The notes beneath the pieces were generated by a model that saw only the letters and a program-made list of their open reading frames with translations, was not told the DNA's origin and made no database searches. Both the position numbers and the translations under genes were made by a program. From Candidatus Saccharimonadota bacterium (GTDB lineage: Bacteria; Patescibacteriota; Gracilibacteria; Absconditabacterales; Absconditicoccaceae): a stretch of 32,000 nt of DNA. Numbering within the stretch: position 1 is the stretch's first letter; every line of letters starts with the position of its first letter. Shown here in pieces: positions 28,999 through 32,000 of this stretch. Location: NCBI GenBank assembly GCA_965231145.1, contig OZ246420.1:330001-362000 (forward strand). The letters run 5' to 3'.

Positions 28999-29778
28999 AT
29001 GAAAAGATCGATTTTCGCTCTTTGTGCTGCGGTATTTGTCTTGTCTCTGTGATATTCTGTGTCGGCTATCGGAGCTATTAGAGTGCTTCCATGAAGGACA
29101 ACTCATTATACTACTGCAAAGGGTTCAGAGGTATGGCATTATCAAATTCCTAAGATAACCGTTATTAAGCCCTCCGCTTTTGACATACTCTTTGAAGGAC
29201 AAGGAGACACCGTAACCGATGTGGTCCATCAACATGAGTATAGTGCCGCTATCAATGCTTCGTACTTCGGGTGGAATAGCGATGGTAGTTATTTCCCTGC
29301 ATGAGTCTGGTATGACAATGGTTTTCTGATAACACCTCAAAGCCTCAATCAAAAAGATCTCAATCTGCAAGTATTAGCATATTACCATAAGTGACAGCTA
29401 GAGCTCTATGATAATAACGCTGTAGATATCAGTACGCTTTCATATACGACACCAGGTCTCTATTTCAATGCTGGTCCATGGTTGGTGAAGCAAGGAAAGA
29501 TCAATCCTGACATAGTGAAATCTCGCTCGCACTGGCAGTCAAAAACATATAGAACAGCAATCCTTCGTAAAGTAGATGGAACTGTCTACTTCCTGGTAGC
29601 CACTGCAAAGATAGATCTTCCACAGTTTATCGTGTTTGCCTTCAAAAGTAATCTCATCCAAAAGGATGAGAAGTTTGATCTAGTGAACCTTGATGGTTGA
29701 TCGTCAACATCACTCTGGTCGCCGGCTGTGAAGTTCAATGCGAAGAAGAAGTTACCATTGTTTATAGGAATTAAATAG
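28999..29778 (+). CDS. secreted phosphodiester glycosidase family protein (DUF2233/NAGPA-like), 259 aa
   Basis: Only the 29482-29700 piece is in the ORF track. The frame is continuous from ATG 28999 across 5 TGA to TAG 29776-29778. Signal-peptide-like MKRSIFALCAAVFVLSL, AAINASYFGW, NAGPWLVKQGK, VNLDG-G-SSTSLW (LDGGGS motif). Confidence 0.82.
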
Positions 29779-29824
29779 CAATTGGATTATAGACGTTAGA
29801 TATTAGATTTTAGATTTTAGTAAA
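29776..29824 (+). repeat. TAGCAA heptad element, copy 5: seven heptads, no inverted arm
   Basis: TAGCAAT TGGATTA TAGACGT TAGATAT TAGATTT TAGATTT TAGTAAA, with TAG/TGG at 29776, 29783, 29790, 29797, 29804, 29811, 29818. The first TAG is the glycosidase stop. The array ends 5 nt before the gmk ATG (29830). Confidence 0.88.
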
Positions 29825-29829
29825 TTACT

Positions 29830-30444
29830 ATGTATCCGTGAAGGTTAATTTGTGTGTTGTGAGTGTCATGATCGTGAAAGAACACGATGATTCAGGAATT
29901 GTTGAAGTCTGATCTTGGTCTCAAGAAATTGATTTCGTGTAAAACGAGGGAGCTGAGAGAGGGAGAAAAAGACGGAGTTGATTACTATCACTATACTATG
30001 GAGCAGTTTCAACATGCAGTAGAGGCTGGTGAGTTCCTTGAATATCAGCAAAATTATGGATTAGGTTGGTATGCGACAAGAAAATCTGATGTAATAGATG
30101 CTATCTCCCAGGGACAATATGTTATTAAAGATCTTGATATAAAAGGATTGCTCAGCATTTCCACTCATCATCCTGATGTCTGGGAGGTTACGAGAAGCGT
30201 ATTTATAGACATAGACGATGAGACTATGAGGGCGCGTATTCTTTCGAGATCAACATTGCCGGAGGAAGAGATAAGTAAAAGAATTGCTACTGCGGCTATG
30301 GAAAGAGAGTTAGCAAAACAAATATGTACTGACGTGATTGATGGTAGCTGAACAATAGAAGAGGAGTTTGCAAGTATATACGCCGTTGTTTCCCGCTACT
30401 GTGAACCTTCAGCTACAGCGTTTATTTCTCCATCAGCTATCTAA
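29830..30444 (+). CDS. gmk: guanylate kinase, 204 aa
   Basis: The N-terminus is missed by the ORF track. MYP-G-RLICVL-G-VS-G-S-G-KNT gives the P-loop GVSGSGK with all three Gly as TGA (29860, 29869, 29875). TRELREGEKDGVDYYHYT, FLEYQQNYG. TGA 30349 is read through to TAA 30442-30444. Confidence 0.92.
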
Positions 30445-30686
30445 TGCGTATCCATATCCACGTAGTTCCATGATCAAAGAAACAATCAGTGGAAAAACAG
30501 GGGGAAGATATATATGGTCATCCTGTCTATAAGATTAAGATTGCTGAGAAGCCTATTGATGGCCAAGCAAACAAGGGTTTGCTGGATGCTATTGCTGAAT
30601 ACTTTCATGTGCCTATAAGACAGATTACTATCGTCTGAGGACATACATCCAGAGAGAAACTTATTGAAATAACAGATAACAAATAA
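30444..30686 (+). CDS. DUF167 (YggU-like) protein, 80 aa
   Basis: ATG overlaps the gmk stop (TAATG). MRIHIHVVP-G-SKKQ...KIKIAEKPIDGQANKGLLDAIAEYFHVPIRQITIV-G-GHTSREKLIEI matches the DUF167 pattern (A.P..G.AN..L...LA....i.G..sR.K.). Absent from the ORF track (two TGA). Confidence 0.8.
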
Positions 30687-30720
30687 TAGATAGGAAAATT
30701 TATTTGCTCTATGTATATAC

Positions 30721-31068
30721 ATGAAGAAGTTTATAGGATTTATTGTACTCATGGTTCTTATTGGGCTTGGAGCTCTCTGGATTTATCTCAAAAATTTCGC
30801 AACGAAGGCAGATGTATGGTCATGGGAGTATAATTATAAAATGACTTTGCCGCTATGGATGAAAGCGTTGCCTCAAACAACTTGAGATCTGACAGATTTT
30901 ATCGACAAGAAAAGAGATGAAGCACTTCAGGAGCTTGGTGTCGTAAAAGAAGATAAAAAAGCTCAGTTTAATGCCTGGCTTACAGGTCTCCAAAAAGACA
31001 TCGAAGATAAGGCAAAGGAAAAAGCTCATGAGTGGGTTGATGAACAGTTTAATTCAGGATCAAATTAA
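30721..31068 (+). CDS. hypothetical membrane-anchored protein, 115 aa
   Basis: ATG 30721 to TAA 31066-31068 across one TGA. N-terminal helix FIGFIVLMVLIGLGALWIYL. Charged helical C-terminus. Confidence 0.6.
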
Positions 31069-31069
31069 T

Positions 31070-32000
31070 ATGAACTCATTACTGATGGTAGCACTAGGAG
31101 TGCTCATAGTGGCAATTATAGCGCTTCTGCTCGTGGTGTTTTTTTCGAGGAAGGGTATTTCTCCTGTAGAATGAACAAAGACTCGATCGGGTAATCAATC
31201 CATCTTTTTCGATGGTCTTTCTACTATCCATGTCGCTCATCCGGACATGAAGCATATTCTTTCCCAGCTCCAGCAACATATCATTGGCATGGATTACTTT
31301 TTACATGGATTGCTCATAGCGTTTCTTGCTGGCTGACATGTGCTTGTAGAAGGAGCTCCTGGGCTGGCTAAGACAAAGACTATTCGTCTGCTTTCGTCCC
31401 TCCTTGCGCTCGATACAAAGCGCATTCAGTTTACGCCAGACATGCTACCAGCTGATCTTATTGGAGTAGATATGTTCAATCCTTCGACGCGCGCATTTGA
31501 AACGTTCTTTGGACCATTATTTACCAATATATTACTTGCAGACGAAATCAATCGTGCGACACCGAAAGTGCAGTCTGCACTACTCGAAGCGATGCAAGAG
31601 AAACAGGTGAGTATAGGCGGTGTTTCTTATCCACTTACTGCTCCATTCTTTGTGCTTGCAACTCAAAATCCTATAGAACAAGATGGGACATATCCATTGC
31701 CTGAAGCACAGCTCGATAGATTTATCATGAAACTTACTGTGAGCTATCCATCGCTTGAAGCCGAAAAACAAATACTCCAAGCAGGACAACGTGATGAGAA
31801 ACGATCTATCGAATCAATTCTTTCTGCAGAGAAGGTGCTTGCATTACAGTCTGACGTAGAAGCAATACATATCAGTGAAGATATCCGTTCATATATTGCT
31901 CAGGTTTCTGTTGCTACGAGAAAGTCACATCCAGCGCTTGCATATGGGGTCTCGCCAAGAGGATCGCTGGCGATCCTTTCACTCGCAAAAGCTATCGCTT
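31070..32000 (+). CDS. MoxR-family AAA+ ATPase (3' end beyond window); possible N-terminal TM extension
   Basis: GHVLVEGAPGLAKT (Walker A; the Gly before H is TGA), LLADEINRATPKVQSALLEAMQE (Walker B region), VLATQNPIEQDGTYPLPEAQLDRF, SPRGS. The frame is open from ATG 31070 (a TM helix, 1 nt after the upstream stop) through TGA 31172. The conventional MoxR start would be ATG 31247. Confidence 0.85.

Overview
This is an AT-rich bacterial chromosomal segment that only reads coherently if TGA encodes glycine. That is NCBI table 25, known from Absconditabacteria/SR1 and Gracilibacteria. The six-frame track splits almost every gene. Joining same-frame pieces across TGA gives about 32 intact genes, and all of them end in TAA or TAG. 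Recognisable genes are cysS, a beta-CASP ribonuclease, lepA, a two-HKD PLD protein, metG, dtd, a 5'-3' exonuclease, tsaE, nth, a PAP2 phosphatase, rpsO, rpsA, a BdbC/DsbB-like oxidoreductase, a WecG/TagA-family glycosyltransferase, rny, a phosphodiester glycosidase, gmk, a DUF167 protein and a MoxR ATPase. There is also an 805-aa SF2 helicase with an unrecognised C-terminal tandem-repeat domain, tRNA-Arg(CCU), tRNA-His(GUG), and several lineage-specific membrane or hypothetical proteins. I saw no CRISPR array, integrase, transposase or classical defence island. The most unusual signal is non-coding. Intergenic spacers are built from degenerate 7-nt periodic repeats. These include a conserved 33-nt TAGCAA...TAGCA element in five copies that starts at or beside stop codons and places TAG in all three frames. 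Other items worth a second look are a helically phased GTGTAA/TTACAC array upstream of cysS, a promoter-to-terminator small RNA candidate, a 473-aa protein with a possible permuted NlpC/P60 domain, and a possible membrane-anchored MoxR. All calls come from reading the sequence by hand. No database search was run.
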